Source of the DNA: an uncultured Anaerolineaceae bacterium
GTDB lineage: Bacteria > Chloroflexota > Limnocylindria > Limnocylindrales > CSP1-4
Reading direction: 5' to 3'
NCBI GenBank assembly: GCA_964650135.1
Contig: CAZYTQ010000001.1
Location: 1,434 to 65,433, forward strand
Length of the DNA stretch: 64,000 bases
Below the pieces are notes generated by a model. That model was not told the DNA's origin, did no database searches, and worked only from the letters and a program-made list of their open reading frames with translations. Below are positions 1-8,837 of the stretch, one piece after another (the first letter of the stretch is position 1; every line of letters starts with the position of its first letter). The translations under genes and the position numbers were made by a program.

Positions 1-2
1 AC

Positions 3-158
3 CCCATGGACGACCCGCTGCCCCAGCCGGTGATCCTCGATGGTGGTCTGATGGCGCCACTCCCCGAGCTGCCCGGCTTCGGTCACATGGTCGATGTCGA
101 GTGGGTGCGCAGCCAGCCCCACGACGACCCGACCGGCATCCTGGCCGAGCTTGGCTGA
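3..158 (+). CDS. Enolase-superfamily (mandelate racemase/muconate lactonizing enzyme family) protein, 3' fragment; the gene starts upstream of the window
   Basis: The translated C-terminus PMDDPLPQPVILDGGLMAPLPELPGFGHMVDVEWV closely matches the C-terminus of the complete enolase-family ORF at 14170..15324 (HPMDDPLVQPVVRDGLMDPLPDLPGFGVLVDPAWI). Stop TGA at 156-158. Confidence 0.55.
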   Translation, partial: PMDDPLPQPVILDGGLMAPLPELPGFGHMVDVEWVRSQPHDDPTGILAELG

Positions 159-690
159 TCCGGATCGTCCGGGCACCGACGCACCGGGCGCCGACACGCC
201 GCGCCGCCGGATCCCCGGCGCCGACACGGGGTGGTGGTTCGAGGACGCCGTGCCGGGCACGCTCATCCGTCATCCACACGGACGTACCATCGACGAGTCG
301 GAGCATGTCTGGCTCGCGTGGGTCACCCACAACGTGAGCGATGTCCACGGCGACCGCCATGCCGCGGCGCAGGGCGCCTTCGGTGTGCCCCTCGTGCTGG
401 GGGCGCTGACGGCGGCGATCATCATCGGCCTCGCGGAACCCGCGGTCGCCCCGCCGACGCTCACGTCCGCGCTCCGATCGCCCGGCTGGCGCTCGATCCG
501 GCTGTCCGGGCCGGTGACCGCGGGTGACACCCTGGTCGCGCGGTCGCGCGTCGAGGCGGTCCGGGACGGACCGCACCCGGACCTCGGGCTCGTGACACGG
601 ACGATCACCGGGCTCGACCAGACGGGTCGCGTGGTGGCCATCATCGAGGAGGTGGATCGCGCCGTGGCGCGTCGTCTGGCCGCGGCCTGA
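94..690 (+). CDS. MaoC-like (hotdog-fold) dehydratase/hydratase family protein. The start is uncertain; the ATG at 94 overlaps the upstream gene by 65 nt
   Basis: WWFEDAVPGTLIRHPHGRTIDESEHVWLAWVTHNVSDVHGDRHAAAQGAFGVPLVLGAL resembles the MaoC dehydratase signature (FEDF..G..IRHP.GRTI.E.D). No in-frame ATG/GTG lies between 158 and the conserved FED region, so the 94 start is kept. Confidence 0.5.
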   Translation: MSSGCAASPTTTRPASWPSLADPDRPGTDAPGADTPRRRIPGADTGWWFEDAVPGTLIRHPHGRTIDESEHVWLAWVTHNVSDVHGDRHAAAQGAFGVPLVLGALTAAIIIGLAEPAVAPPTLTSALRSPGWRSIRLSGPVTAGDTLVARSRVEAVRDGPHPDLGLVTRTITGLDQTGRVVAIIEEVDRAVARRLAAA

Positions 691-821
691 CGTCGGGTCA
701 CGCCGGCAGGAGTCGCTGGGGCCGGGCCGAACGTCGCCGGTTCTGGGTCGGTGGCTCCCACGGACGCCGTACCCTACCGGGACATCGGCCCCTCGGGCCG
801 AGCGGCGACGGGGGTCTCCTG

Positions 822-1538
822 GTGCGACCCGCACGGGAGGGACACGGGCGACTCGGCCCGGACATGGAGGCAGGAGTGGAACGAGACTGGGACACACTCA
901 TCCGACAGCCAGGGATCTTCGACAGCGCGGCTCGCGGCGGTCTGACCGCGTGGTCCCCTGCGGACGGTGCCCTCGTCGGCGATTCGCTGGGCCCGATCAT
1001 GCACTCCCACGATGAGGCGACCGAGATCTTCTACTTCCTTCGCGGCGCCTGTCGCCTGGAGGTCGGGCATGGCGAGGAGCTCCTGGAAGCACGAGACTTC
1101 ATCCTCGTCCCTCCGGATGTCCCGCACAACTTCTGGTCGAACTCGGTCGAACCGGTCGTGGTCTTCTGGCTCGTGGTCCCCAACCTCATGGACAACAAGT
1201 GGCGGACGGACGGCTTCCGGGGGCAGCAATCCGGCTGGCCGAACCATCGGGCGACACTCGACGCGGACGGTGTCCTGCCGAGCGACGATCGGATCGCGAG
1301 CGTCGCACACGTGCTGCGAGCGGGCGACAGCCTCACCCAGGAAGCCATGGCACCCGGTGGCGAGGTCATCCTCGTCACGGCAGGGGATGTGACGTGGGAG
1401 TCGGGCGATGGACCGTCCCACGCGATGGGCATGGGTGCGTGGCGCCGTGTCGACAGCGGGGGCCACTGGTCGGTCACGCCGCAGGGATCGGAGCCCGCCG
1501 AGATCCTGGTCATGCGGATCGGCGCCGCACCACGGTAG
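822..1538 (+). CDS. Cupin-domain protein
   Basis: HSHDEATEIFYFLRG...LEVGHGEE and VPPDVPHNFWS resemble the two cupin motifs. The true start may be the internal Met (MEAGVERDWD). Confidence 0.5.
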   Translation: MRPAREGHGRLGPDMEAGVERDWDTLIRQPGIFDSAARGGLTAWSPADGALVGDSLGPIMHSHDEATEIFYFLRGACRLEVGHGEELLEARDFILVPPDVPHNFWSNSVEPVVVFWLVVPNLMDNKWRTDGFRGQQSGWPNHRATLDADGVLPSDDRIASVAHVLRAGDSLTQEAMAPGGEVILVTAGDVTWESGDGPSHAMGMGAWRRVDSGGHWSVTPQGSEPAEILVMRIGAAPR

Positions 1539-1565
1539 GCATCCAGCCCTCGGACGGGCACGGTC

Positions 1566-2441
1566 CTAGCCTCGGACCCCTCCGGCCGCGAGACCTCGGA
1601 TGAAGTACCGCTGCCCCACGAGGTACAGGATGAGCATCGGCAGGCTGGCGAGCAACATCCCGGTCATGGCCACCGGCACATCGGCGTTGTAGCGGGAGCC
1701 GAACACGGTCACTCCCACCATCAGCGTCCGCAGCTCGTCGCGGGGGAGCATCACCAGCGCGATGAGCAAGTCGTTCCAGACCCAGAGCGCGTTGACCACG
1801 ATGAGCGTCGCGAGCGCTGGTGCGGTGAGCGGTAGCAACAACCGGACGAGCACCGTATGGCTTGCGGCCCCATCGATGCTCATGGCCTCGATGAGCGCGT
1901 TCGGCACCGAGCGGAAGAAGCTCGTCAGCAGGTACACCGAGAACGGCGTGAGCAGCCCCGCGTAGACCAGGATGACGCCCGCATGGGTGCTGGTGAGGCC
2001 CAGGCGCGAGAGAAGCAGGAACAGTGGCAGCACCAGCACCACGGGCGGCACGATCATGAGCGCCGTCACCACCGCCAGGAGGAGCGTCTGGGCCGGGAAG
2101 CGCATCCGTGCGAACGCGAACGCCGCGGGTGCCGAGACCGCCAGCGAGAGCACCACGGACCCGGTCGCGAGGATCACGCTGTTGAGCAACCACTGACCGA
2201 AGCGACCGCCCCGCATCGCCTCCTCGATGTTGCCCAGATACGGGGTGGACGGCGGCCCGATCTTGTCGAGGGCGTATCCGTCCTGCGTCTTGAGCGCCGT
2301 GAAGACCACGAACAGGCCCGGCAGGATCACCAGCAACACGGCCCCGACGAGGGCGACCTCCTTGAGCAGCGTGCCGCTCGATGGTCGTCGCCACCGTCGC
2401 TCGCCACGCCGCGCGTCATCGGTCGTGCTGTGGCTCGTCAT
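1566..2441 (-). CDS. Carbohydrate ABC transporter permease (MalG/AraQ-type inner membrane component)
   Basis: Multi-TM hydrophobic protein containing an EAA-like loop (EAMSIDGASHTVLVRLLLPLTAPAL). Start chosen at the Met that gives a 4-nt ATGA overlap with the upstream permease gene. Confidence 0.85.
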   Translation of the reverse strand: MTSHSTTDDARRGERRWRRPSSGTLLKEVALVGAVLLVILPGLFVVFTALKTQDGYALDKIGPPSTPYLGNIEEAMRGGRFGQWLLNSVILATGSVVLSLAVSAPAAFAFARMRFPAQTLLLAVVTALMIVPPVVLVLPLFLLLSRLGLTSTHAGVILVYAGLLTPFSVYLLTSFFRSVPNALIEAMSIDGAASHTVLVRLLLPLTAPALATLIVVNALWVWNDLLIALVMLPRDELRTLMVGVTVFGSRYNADVPVAMTGMLLASLPMLILYLVGQRYFIRGLAAGGVRG

Positions 2442-3313
2442 GCCATCTCCTCGACATGCGTCTGCTGCCGGACCTTGAACATCGGCACCACCAGCAGCAC
2501 CGTCACGATGAACAGGAGCACGGCCACCGCTGAGGCGATGCCCGGCAGGCTGCCTCGGAACGCATAGTTGTAGATGTACAGCTCGATGATCTGGGTGGCG
2601 GTCCCGGGTCCGCCGCGGGTCACGACGTAGACGTACGCGAACACCGCCGAGAGCATCGTGATGACGCTGATGATCGAGTAGAACTCGATCACCGGCTTGA
2701 GCTCCGGGACGATGATGTGGCGCAGTCGCCGCCACCAGCCCGCGCCATCGATCATGGCGGCCTCAGCGACCTCCTCGTTGAGGGCCGTCATCCGCGCCGA
2801 GAACAGGATGATGCCGAAGCCGATCTCCCGCCACAGGATGATGAACATGATCGTCCAGAGCGCCAGCGTGGGGTCGCCGATCCAGTCGAGCGCGAGTCCG
2901 TCCAGCCCCACGCCCCGGAGCGAGGTGTTGACCGCCCCGTTCAGCTGGACCATGTTGCTGAACACCGTCCCCACGATGGGGATGGCGAGGATGTAGGGCA
3001 CGAACAGGATGGCCCGGTAGAGCCGATAGCCGGGCACCCGGTCGTGGAGCATCGCGGCCACGAGCAGGGCGCTCACCACGAGGATGGGGACCGCGAGCAA
3101 CAGCAGCGCGCTGTGGACGATCGATTCGAGGAACAGGGGGTCGGCGACGATGCTCCGGTAGTTGTCCAGCCCGATGAACGGTCCGTCCGCTCCCCGGACA
3201 CGCTTGGTGCTGAAGTCGAAGATGGCCAGGATGGGATAGCCGAACACGAACAGCAGCAGCAGGACCATGGGCGCGAGGTACAGGAGCGGCGTCAGCCGAC
3301 CCGTGCGCAGCAT
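2438..3313 (-). CDS. Carbohydrate ABC transporter permease (MalF/UgpA-type)
   Basis: Six-TM BPD_transp_1-like protein with conserved loop EAAMIDGAGWWRRLRHIIVPELKP. Confidence 0.85.
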   Translation of the reverse strand: MLRTGRLTPLLYLAPMVLLLLFVFGYPILAIFDFSTKRVRGADGPFIGLDNYRSIVADPLFLESIVHSALLLLAVPILVVSALLVAAMLHDRVPGYRLYRAILFVPYILAIPIVGTVFSNMVQLNGAVNTSLRGVGLDGLALDWIGDPTLALWTIMFIILWREIGFGIILFSARMTALNEEVAEAAMIDGAGWWRRLRHIIVPELKPVIEFYSIISVITMLSAVFAYVYVVTRGGPGTATQIIELYIYNYAFRGSLPGIASAVAVLLFIVTVLLVVPMFKVRQQTHVEEMA

Positions 3314-3321
3314 CCTGCGGT

Positions 3322-4101
3322 CTAGAAGGTGCTCGTCAGGCCGCCATCCACGATCAGGATCTGGCCTGTCATGTACCGGCAGTAGTCGGAGGCCAGGAAC
3401 ACTGCCGTCCCCGAGACGTCCTCGGGCACACCGGTGCGGGCCATGGGCACCTTGCGTCGCTCGACATAGAACGCCTGGAAGTCGTCGGTCGTGGTCTCAT
3501 CGATCCCGTCGATGAATGACATGGGGGTCCGCATGAAGCCGGGCGCGATGGCGTTGGCGGCGATGCCATGTGGCGCCAGCTCCACCGCGAGTGACTTGGT
3601 GAACGCGATGATGCCGCCCTTGGCGGCGTTGTACGCGCCAGCCTCCCCGCTGGCCATCATCCCCTGGATCGAGGTGATGCTGACGATGCGGCCGGAGCGC
3701 TTGGCGACCATGTGTGGCACCACGAGCTTGGTGCCCATGTAGACCGCCTCGAGGTTCACGGTGATCTGCGCGCGCCAGTCCTCGAGCGTGTCCGTGAGGA
3801 TGGTGCCGTATCGTGCGATGGCCGCGTTGTTGACCAGGATGTCGATGCCGCCCAGCCTCGCCACCGCGTCCTCGACCGCCGCCTGATACGCGTCGTAGTC
3901 GGTGATATCGAGCGCGTGGGCGTGCGCGCTGCCGCCCGCGTCCACGATGCTGCGTCGGGTCTCTTCGAGGCTGTCGGGGTTCCGCTCCAGGAGTACGACC
4001 GTCGCGCCCTCGGCCGCATACTCCTGCGCGATGACCCGGCCGAGACCTTGCCCCGCGCCCGTGATGAGGGCGACCCTGGCCGCCAGCAGATCCCGTCCCA
4101 T
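3322..4101 (-). CDS. SDR family NAD(P)-dependent oxidoreductase
   Basis: TGAGQGLG Rossmann motif, NNAA, and catalytic YNAAKGG (YxxxK). Confidence 0.85.
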   Translation of the reverse strand: MGRDLLAARVALITGAGQGLGRVIAQEYAAEGATVVLLERNPDSLEETRRSIVDAGGSAHAHALDITDYDAYQAAVEDAVARLGGIDILVNNAAIARYGTILTDTLEDWRAQITVNLEAVYMGTKLVVPHMVAKRSGRIVSITSIQGMMASGEAGAYNAAKGGIIAFTKSLAVELAPHGIAANAIAPGFMRTPMSFIDGIDETTTDDFQAFYVERRKVPMARTGVPEDVSGTAVFLASDYCRYMTGQILIVDGGLTSTF

Positions 4102-4155
4102 GGGCGTGCTACCGACGTGCCGCGAGGCGGCCGACCGGGACCGTCACGGTCGCGG

Positions 4156-5523
4156 TCAGAGCGCGAGGTCCTCGGCCCACAGGGCGTACTTCTCCAACAG
4201 ATCGGGGTTCTGCTCGCGCCACTTCTGGGCGACCTGCGCGGCGTTGTCACCCGCCTGCTCGCCCGTGAACTCACCCGACACGATCTTCTGGGAGTTGACG
4301 AACATGGCGTCGGTCCAGAAGAGCGTGGGCATCAGGTTCGAGATGTAGGGCACGGTCTCGCCATCCACCCACCGCTGCCAGATCGAGAGCAGCGTGGGGT
4401 CCGTGACCACCGAGCCATCCCAGCCGCTGTTGGTGGGGAACTGCTGGACCTGGTCCCACAGGGCACCCACCCGCTCCTCCGACTGGAGGAAGGTGAGGAA
4501 GTCGGCGGCGAGCTCCTTGTTGGCGCTCTGCGACGAGATGCCCAGCCCCTGGTTGTCGAAGATCGGCACGCCCGCCATCTTCCCGGTGCCGAACACCGGG
4601 AAGGTCATCGCCCCCACGGTGTCCGGTCCGAGCCGCGAGATGGCGTCGGGCACCAGCGGACCCACGATCTGGGTCATGGCTGCCTGTCCGGTGCTGAACA
4701 GGTCGATGCCGGGGTACAGGTCGATGGAGTTCATGTCGTTGTTGAAGTTGCCGGCATTCCACAGCTCGGCGAGACGCGACCACGCCTCGTAGTACTTGGG
4801 CTCCCGCCAGTCGAGGGTGCCCGCGAAGAGGTTGAGGGCGTCAGCCGCGGAGTCCAGGTTCTGGCCCGTGGCGTGGCCCATGTACCACTCGCCCCACGGC
4901 CCGTCCTTGAGGCCCGCGCTGATGGGCGTGACACCGGATGCCTTGAGGGCCTCGCACGCGGCCAGCAGCTCATCCCAGGTCGCCGGCGGCGTGTCCGCAT
5001 CGAGACCCGCAGCATCGAACATGGCCTTGTTGTAGACCCACAGCAACGGCACGCTGTACCAGCCGACGCGGTACTGCTGGCCCTGGAAGACCGAGAGCGG
5101 CGTCGCTTGCGACGCCGCCAGGACCTCGTCGCTGATGAGCCCGTTCAGTGGCTCGAGGTATCCCAGCCAGACGCTCTCCATGTGGTAGATGCCGTTCCAC
5201 AGGAATTGGATGTCTGGTGGTGCTCCCGCGGCGGACGCGGTCTGGAACTCGGAGATGACCACGCTCGTGTCCTGGAGCGTGGACTCGATGGAGTTGCTCG
5301 AGCGCGACTGCCAGAGGCCGATGCTCTCGTCGAGCCAGCCCTCGAGGCCCGGCGCCTCCTGCTCGCCCCACCACCACAGCTTCAGCGTCTGGTCGGTGGG
5401 CAGTCCCTGTGCTCTCGCTCCTGGGACGCCGAACGGCGACCGCCCGAGGAGCGGCGCGGCACCGGCGGCCACCATCGCCCCAGCACCGACCTGCAACAGC
5501 CTTCGACGGGAGATCCGGTCCAT
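4156..5523 (-). CDS. ABC transporter substrate-binding protein (family 1 extracellular solute-binding) with Tat-type signal
   Basis: N-terminal RRRLLQVGAGAMVAAGAAPLL twin-arginine signal peptide. Size and composition are typical of sugar SBPs. First gene of a minus-strand SBP-SDR-permease-permease operon. Confidence 0.8.
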   Translation of the reverse strand: MDRISRRRLLQVGAGAMVAAGAAPLLGRSPFGVPGARAQGLPTDQTLKLWWWGEQEAPGLEGWLDESIGLWQSRSSNSIESTLQDTSVVISEFQTASAAGAPPDIQFLWNGIYHMESVWLGYLEPLNGLISDEVLAASQATPLSVFQGQQYRVGWYSVPLLWVYNKAMFDAAGLDADTPPATWDELLAACEALKASGVTPISAGLKDGPWGEWYMGHATGQNLDSAADALNLFAGTLDWREPKYYEAWSRLAELWNAGNFNNDMNSIDLYPGIDLFSTGQAAMTQIVGPLVPDAISRLGPDTVGAMTFPVFGTGKMAGVPIFDNQGLGISSQSANKELAADFLTFLQSEERVGALWDQVQQFPTNSGWDGSVVTDPTLLSIWQRWVDGETVPYISNLMPTLFWTDAMFVNSQKIVSGEFTGEQAGDNAAQVAQKWREQNPDLLEKYALWAEDLAL

Positions 5524-5673
5524 ACCACTCCTCGATGCACCCGGGTGTCCCGACGCTGCCTCCTCGCACGGGATGGACGCACCATAGCGCGCGAGTCAAG
5601 GACGATGCAGGTCCACCGCGCACGGCCGTGGGCCCGTCGCGTGGATCCGTCCCGTCGGGCCGCGCCGGTCCGG

Positions 5674-5702
5674 TTGACGCCGGCCCGGCCCGGTCCTAGC
5701 CT
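5674..5702 (+). promoter_or_regulatory. Candidate promoter: -35 TTGACG (5674-5679), 17-nt spacer, -10 TAGCCT (5697-5702), upstream of the lactonase gene at 5738
   Basis: Hexamers read directly from the sequence. The same architecture plus a conserved downstream stretch recurs upstream of the paralogous gene at 24831. Confidence 0.35.
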
Positions 5703-5737
5703 CCAGACGACACACATCGAAGGGAGACATCGCGAAC

Positions 5738-6574
5738 GTGGAGCTGCGAGTCCTGGCTGACGGCCTCGACCATCCGGAGGGCCTCGCGTGGGACCCGGCC
5801 GGATCGATCATCGCGGGTGGCGAGGACGGTCAGCTGTATCGGGTCGACATCCACGGGGATGGCGTGACGCTCCTGGGCAGACCGGGGGGCTACATCCTGG
5901 GTATCGCCATCGACGGTCAGGGCCGCATCTTCTGGTGCGACCAGGACACGCGTTCGGTGATGCGATATGACCCGGCGACCGGACACGCGGCCACCTGGAG
6001 CACGGGTGCTCCGGAGACGCCCTTCCGGGTGCCCAACGCGCTCGTGTTCGACGCGGCGGGTCGGCTCTACGTGTCGGAGTCAGGTGACTGGACGACGCAT
6101 GACGGGGCGCTCTTCGTGATCGAGTCGGATGGCACGACACGGCTCGCGTCCACCGAGACGCGCGACTTCCCCAACGGCATCGCGATCGACCCGGCGGGCA
6201 CGTGGCTGTATCTGGTCGAGACATCGGGGCCGGCGGTCGCCCGGTTCCCCATCCGTGCCGACGGGGCACTCGGGCCCCGCGAGGTCGCCGTCCGACTGCC
6301 ACGGACCGTCCCCGATGGGCTTGCGTTCGTCGACGACGGACGGCTGCTCATCTCGTGCTATCGCCCGGACGCCATCATGATCTGGGATGGCTCGGAGGCG
6401 ACCACGCTCGTCGATGACTGGACCGGCCTCGACCTGTGCTCGCCGACCAACCTCGCGTTCTTCGGCGAGGACCTCGATCGCCTGGCGACCGCGAACCTCG
6501 GCCTGGAGCACCTGACGGAGGTCACCAGCGGCCTCCGTGGGGCACCGCTCCGCTATCCCGTGCTCCCTGCGTGA
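5738..6574 (+). CDS. SMP-30/gluconolactonase/LRE-family lactonase (six-bladed beta-propeller)
   Basis: DHPEGLAWDP, GRIFWCD, NALVFDAAGRLYVSESG, PNGIAIDP and PDGLAF motifs are typical of SMP-30/gluconolactonase. GTG start. Close paralog of 24831..25673. Confidence 0.85.
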   Translation: MELRVLADGLDHPEGLAWDPAGSIIAGGEDGQLYRVDIHGDGVTLLGRPGGYILGIAIDGQGRIFWCDQDTRSVMRYDPATGHAATWSTGAPETPFRVPNALVFDAAGRLYVSESGDWTTHDGALFVIESDGTTRLASTETRDFPNGIAIDPAGTWLYLVETSGPAVARFPIRADGALGPREVAVRLPRTVPDGLAFVDDGRLLISCYRPDAIMIWDGSEATTLVDDWTGLDLCSPTNLAFFGEDLDRLATANLGLEHLTEVTSGLRGAPLRYPVLPA

Positions 6575-7386
6575 CCGACGCGGCACCACCCGACCTCCTG
6601 GCTGGCCGGGTCGCGGTCGTCACCGGCGCGGGTCGTGGCATCGGCCTGGGCATCGCTGAGCGGCTCGCGACCGCGGGTGCTCGAGTGGTCATCGGCGAGC
6701 TGGTGGAGGAGCGGGGGAGGTCAGCCGCGGAGCGCCTCGCGAGCCAGGGCCTGGCGGTCGAGGCGGTCCAGCTGGATGTGGCGAGCGGCACATCGTGCGC
6801 CGCGATGGTGGAGACCGTCGTGGGTCGTCTTGGCCGGATCGACATCCTGGTCAACAACGCAGGCCTGTTCCGACTGCATCCCTCCGAGACGATGCCCGAG
6901 GAGGATTGGCGGCTCCAGATCGACGTCATGCTGACCGGCGTGTTCCTGTGCACCCAAGCGGTTGGTCGGGTGATGATCGAGCAGCAGGGCGGCAGCATCG
7001 TCAGCATCGCGTCCATCGGTGGCATGGGCGGGTGGCCCATGCGCTCGGCGTACAACGCCGCCAAGGCGGGTGTCATCGTGCTCACGGAGGTGCTCGCCAC
7101 CGAGTGGGCCCACCATGGCATCCGGCTCAACTGCGTCTCGCCGGGCGTCACCCGGACCGACATGATGGATGTGGCGGTGAAGCAGGGCGTGGCGAGCCTC
7201 GAGCGCTACGAGCGCCGGACGCCGTTGGGTCGGGTCGCGGAGGTGTCGGAGATCGCGAGCGCCGTCCTGTTCCTGGCCTCCGATCGGGCGAGCTACATCA
7301 CGGGTCAGAACCTCCGGGTGGACGGCGGGTGGGTGCCCTGGGGCAACCTCCACGCGGTCGGCTTCCCCGAGCAGGACCCGGCGTGA
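6571..7386 (+). CDS. SDR family oxidoreductase
   Basis: VVTGAGRGIG, NNAG, YNAAKAG. GTG start overlapping the upstream stop (GTGA). Confidence 0.8.
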   Translation: MTDAAPPDLLAGRVAVVTGAGRGIGLGIAERLATAGARVVIGELVEERGRSAAERLASQGLAVEAVQLDVASGTSCAAMVETVVGRLGRIDILVNNAGLFRLHPSETMPEEDWRLQIDVMLTGVFLCTQAVGRVMIEQQGGSIVSIASIGGMGGWPMRSAYNAAKAGVIVLTEVLATEWAHHGIRLNCVSPGVTRTDMMDVAVKQGVASLERYERRTPLGRVAEVSEIASAVLFLASDRASYITGQNLRVDGGWVPWGNLHAVGFPEQDPA

Positions 7387-8147
7387 GCAGGACCGCTGGT
7401 CGGACCGTCGTCATCACGGGTGCCGCACGAGGTCTCGGTCTGGGCATGGCTCGCAGGTTCGCGGCGGCCGGCGACCGGGTCGTGCTCACCGATGTCGACA
7501 GCATCACGGGTGCCGCAGCCGCCGCGGCGCTCGCTGGACAGAGCGCGCGGGTGAGCTTCCGGGCGCTCGACGTGCGTGACCCGGCCATGGTGGACGAGGT
7601 GGTCAGGGCCACCCTCGCAGACCACGGCGCCATCGACGTGTGGGTCAACAACGCCGGGATCGCCCGCACGGCTCCCGCGGAGACGCTCGCTGTCGAGGAC
7701 TGGGACGAGAGCATCGCGGTGCTGCTCTCGGGTGCCTTCCACTGCGCGCGATCGGCGGGACGAGTGATGCTCGCACAGGGACGCGGGGTCATCGTCAACA
7801 TCGCGTCGGTCAACGGGTTCCACCCGATCGAGGGGCGGGTCGCCTATTCGGTCGCCAAGGCAGGTCTGGTCATGCTCACCCAGGCGCTTGGCATCGAGTG
7901 GGCGGCGCGTGGGGTCCGGGTCGTCGGCATCGCACCAGGCGTGGTGATGACCGACCTCGTGGCGCAGGGCGTCAGTGCGGGCACGGCGTCCGTGGAGGTG
8001 TATGAGCGTCGCACGCCCATGGGTCGACTGGGCGAGGTGGATGAGGTCGCGGAGGCGGTCGTGTTCCTGGCCAGCGACGACGCCTCATACATCGTGGGCG
8101 AGACGCTCCGGGTCGATGGCGGCTGGACCGCCTACCAGCTGTTCTAG
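7383..8147 (+). CDS. SDR family oxidoreductase
   Basis: ITGAARGLG, NNAG, YSVAKAG. GTGA overlap with the upstream SDR. Confidence 0.8.
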   Translation: MSRTAGRTVVITGAARGLGLGMARRFAAAGDRVVLTDVDSITGAAAAAALAGQSARVSFRALDVRDPAMVDEVVRATLADHGAIDVWVNNAGIARTAPAETLAVEDWDESIAVLLSGAFHCARSAGRVMLAQGRGVIVNIASVNGFHPIEGRVAYSVAKAGLVMLTQALGIEWAARGVRVVGIAPGVVMTDLVAQGVSAGTASVEVYERRTPMGRLGEVDEVAEAVVFLASDDASYIVGETLRVDGGWTAYQLF

Positions 8148-8162
8148 CCAACCAGGAGGACG

Positions 8163-8615
8163 ATGACGGTGCAGGTCAGCGGCACACAGCACACAGGCTT
8201 CTCGGTCGTCGATCTCGATCGGTCGATCGAGCTCTTCGCGCTCCTGGGGTGCGAGGTGATCTGGCGACGCGAGATCACGGACGCCTACTTCCGGGAGATC
8301 GTGGGGCTGCCCGACACGGTCGTCCAGGCAGCGCATCTTCGGATCCCGGGCACGGGTCACGTCGTGGAGCTGTTCCAGTACGGACCCCAGGGTGAGCCGG
8401 CGAACCTCCGGCCCAACGAGCCTGGGCATGCACACCTGTGTTTCCTGGTCGATGACCTGCCGGCCGCCTATGACGAGCTGCGCGCCAAGGGAGTGCGCTT
8501 CACGTCCTCCCCGGTGCTCATCACCGCGGGCGTGAACACGGGCGGGTACGGCGTGTACCTGGTCGACTCCAGCGGCATCACCCTCGAGCTGTTCCAGCCG
8601 CCTCGACCGGCCTGA
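8163..8615 (+). CDS. VOC (glyoxalase/bleomycin-resistance/dioxygenase) family protein
   Basis: ~150 aa with the paired beta-alpha-beta-beta-beta pattern: HTGFSVVDLDRSIELF...HLCFLVDDL...GVRF. Confidence 0.7.
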   Translation: MTVQVSGTQHTGFSVVDLDRSIELFALLGCEVIWRREITDAYFREIVGLPDTVVQAAHLRIPGTGHVVELFQYGPQGEPANLRPNEPGHAHLCFLVDDLPAAYDELRAKGVRFTSSPVLITAGVNTGGYGVYLVDSSGITLELFQPPRPA

Positions 8616-8722
8616 GGGGCACGTCCCCAGCCTGCGGGGATCTCGACGGCCCGGCGTCGAAGCGGACATCACGCATGACGCGCTCGTCGATGGGTTGCGA
8701 GCTCGCGTGACCGCACCAAGCG

Positions 8723-8732
8723 CAACCGTTTG
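8723..8732. promoter_or_regulatory. LacI-type operator-like element CAACCGTTTG (9/10 match to the CAAACGTTTG core at 17971-17980), abutting the -35 box of the promoter below
   Basis: Sequence match only. Confidence 0.3.
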
Positions 8733-8762
8733 TTGACACGGCCCCGATCGTTGCGCTACGGT
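8733..8762 (+). promoter_or_regulatory. Candidate promoter for the ABC operon starting at 8838: -35 TTGACA (8733-8738), 18-nt spacer, -10 TACGGT (8757-8762)
   Basis: Consensus-like hexamers read from the sequence, about 75 nt upstream of the SBP start. Confidence 0.4.
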
Positions 8763-8837
8763 GCCGGCTCCGGTACGGTCGGGGCATGTCGGTCCCCGCT
8801 CGGTGGGCCGGCATCGCGAGTTCCGAGGAGGACGGTC

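Noticed and set aside
3712-5760. 682-aa ORF on the plus strand overlapping the minus-strand SBP gene
   Set aside because: Arg/Pro/Gly/Asp-rich low-complexity translation typical of antisense frames in 70% GC DNA. The opposite strand encodes a clear Tat-signal substrate-binding protein.
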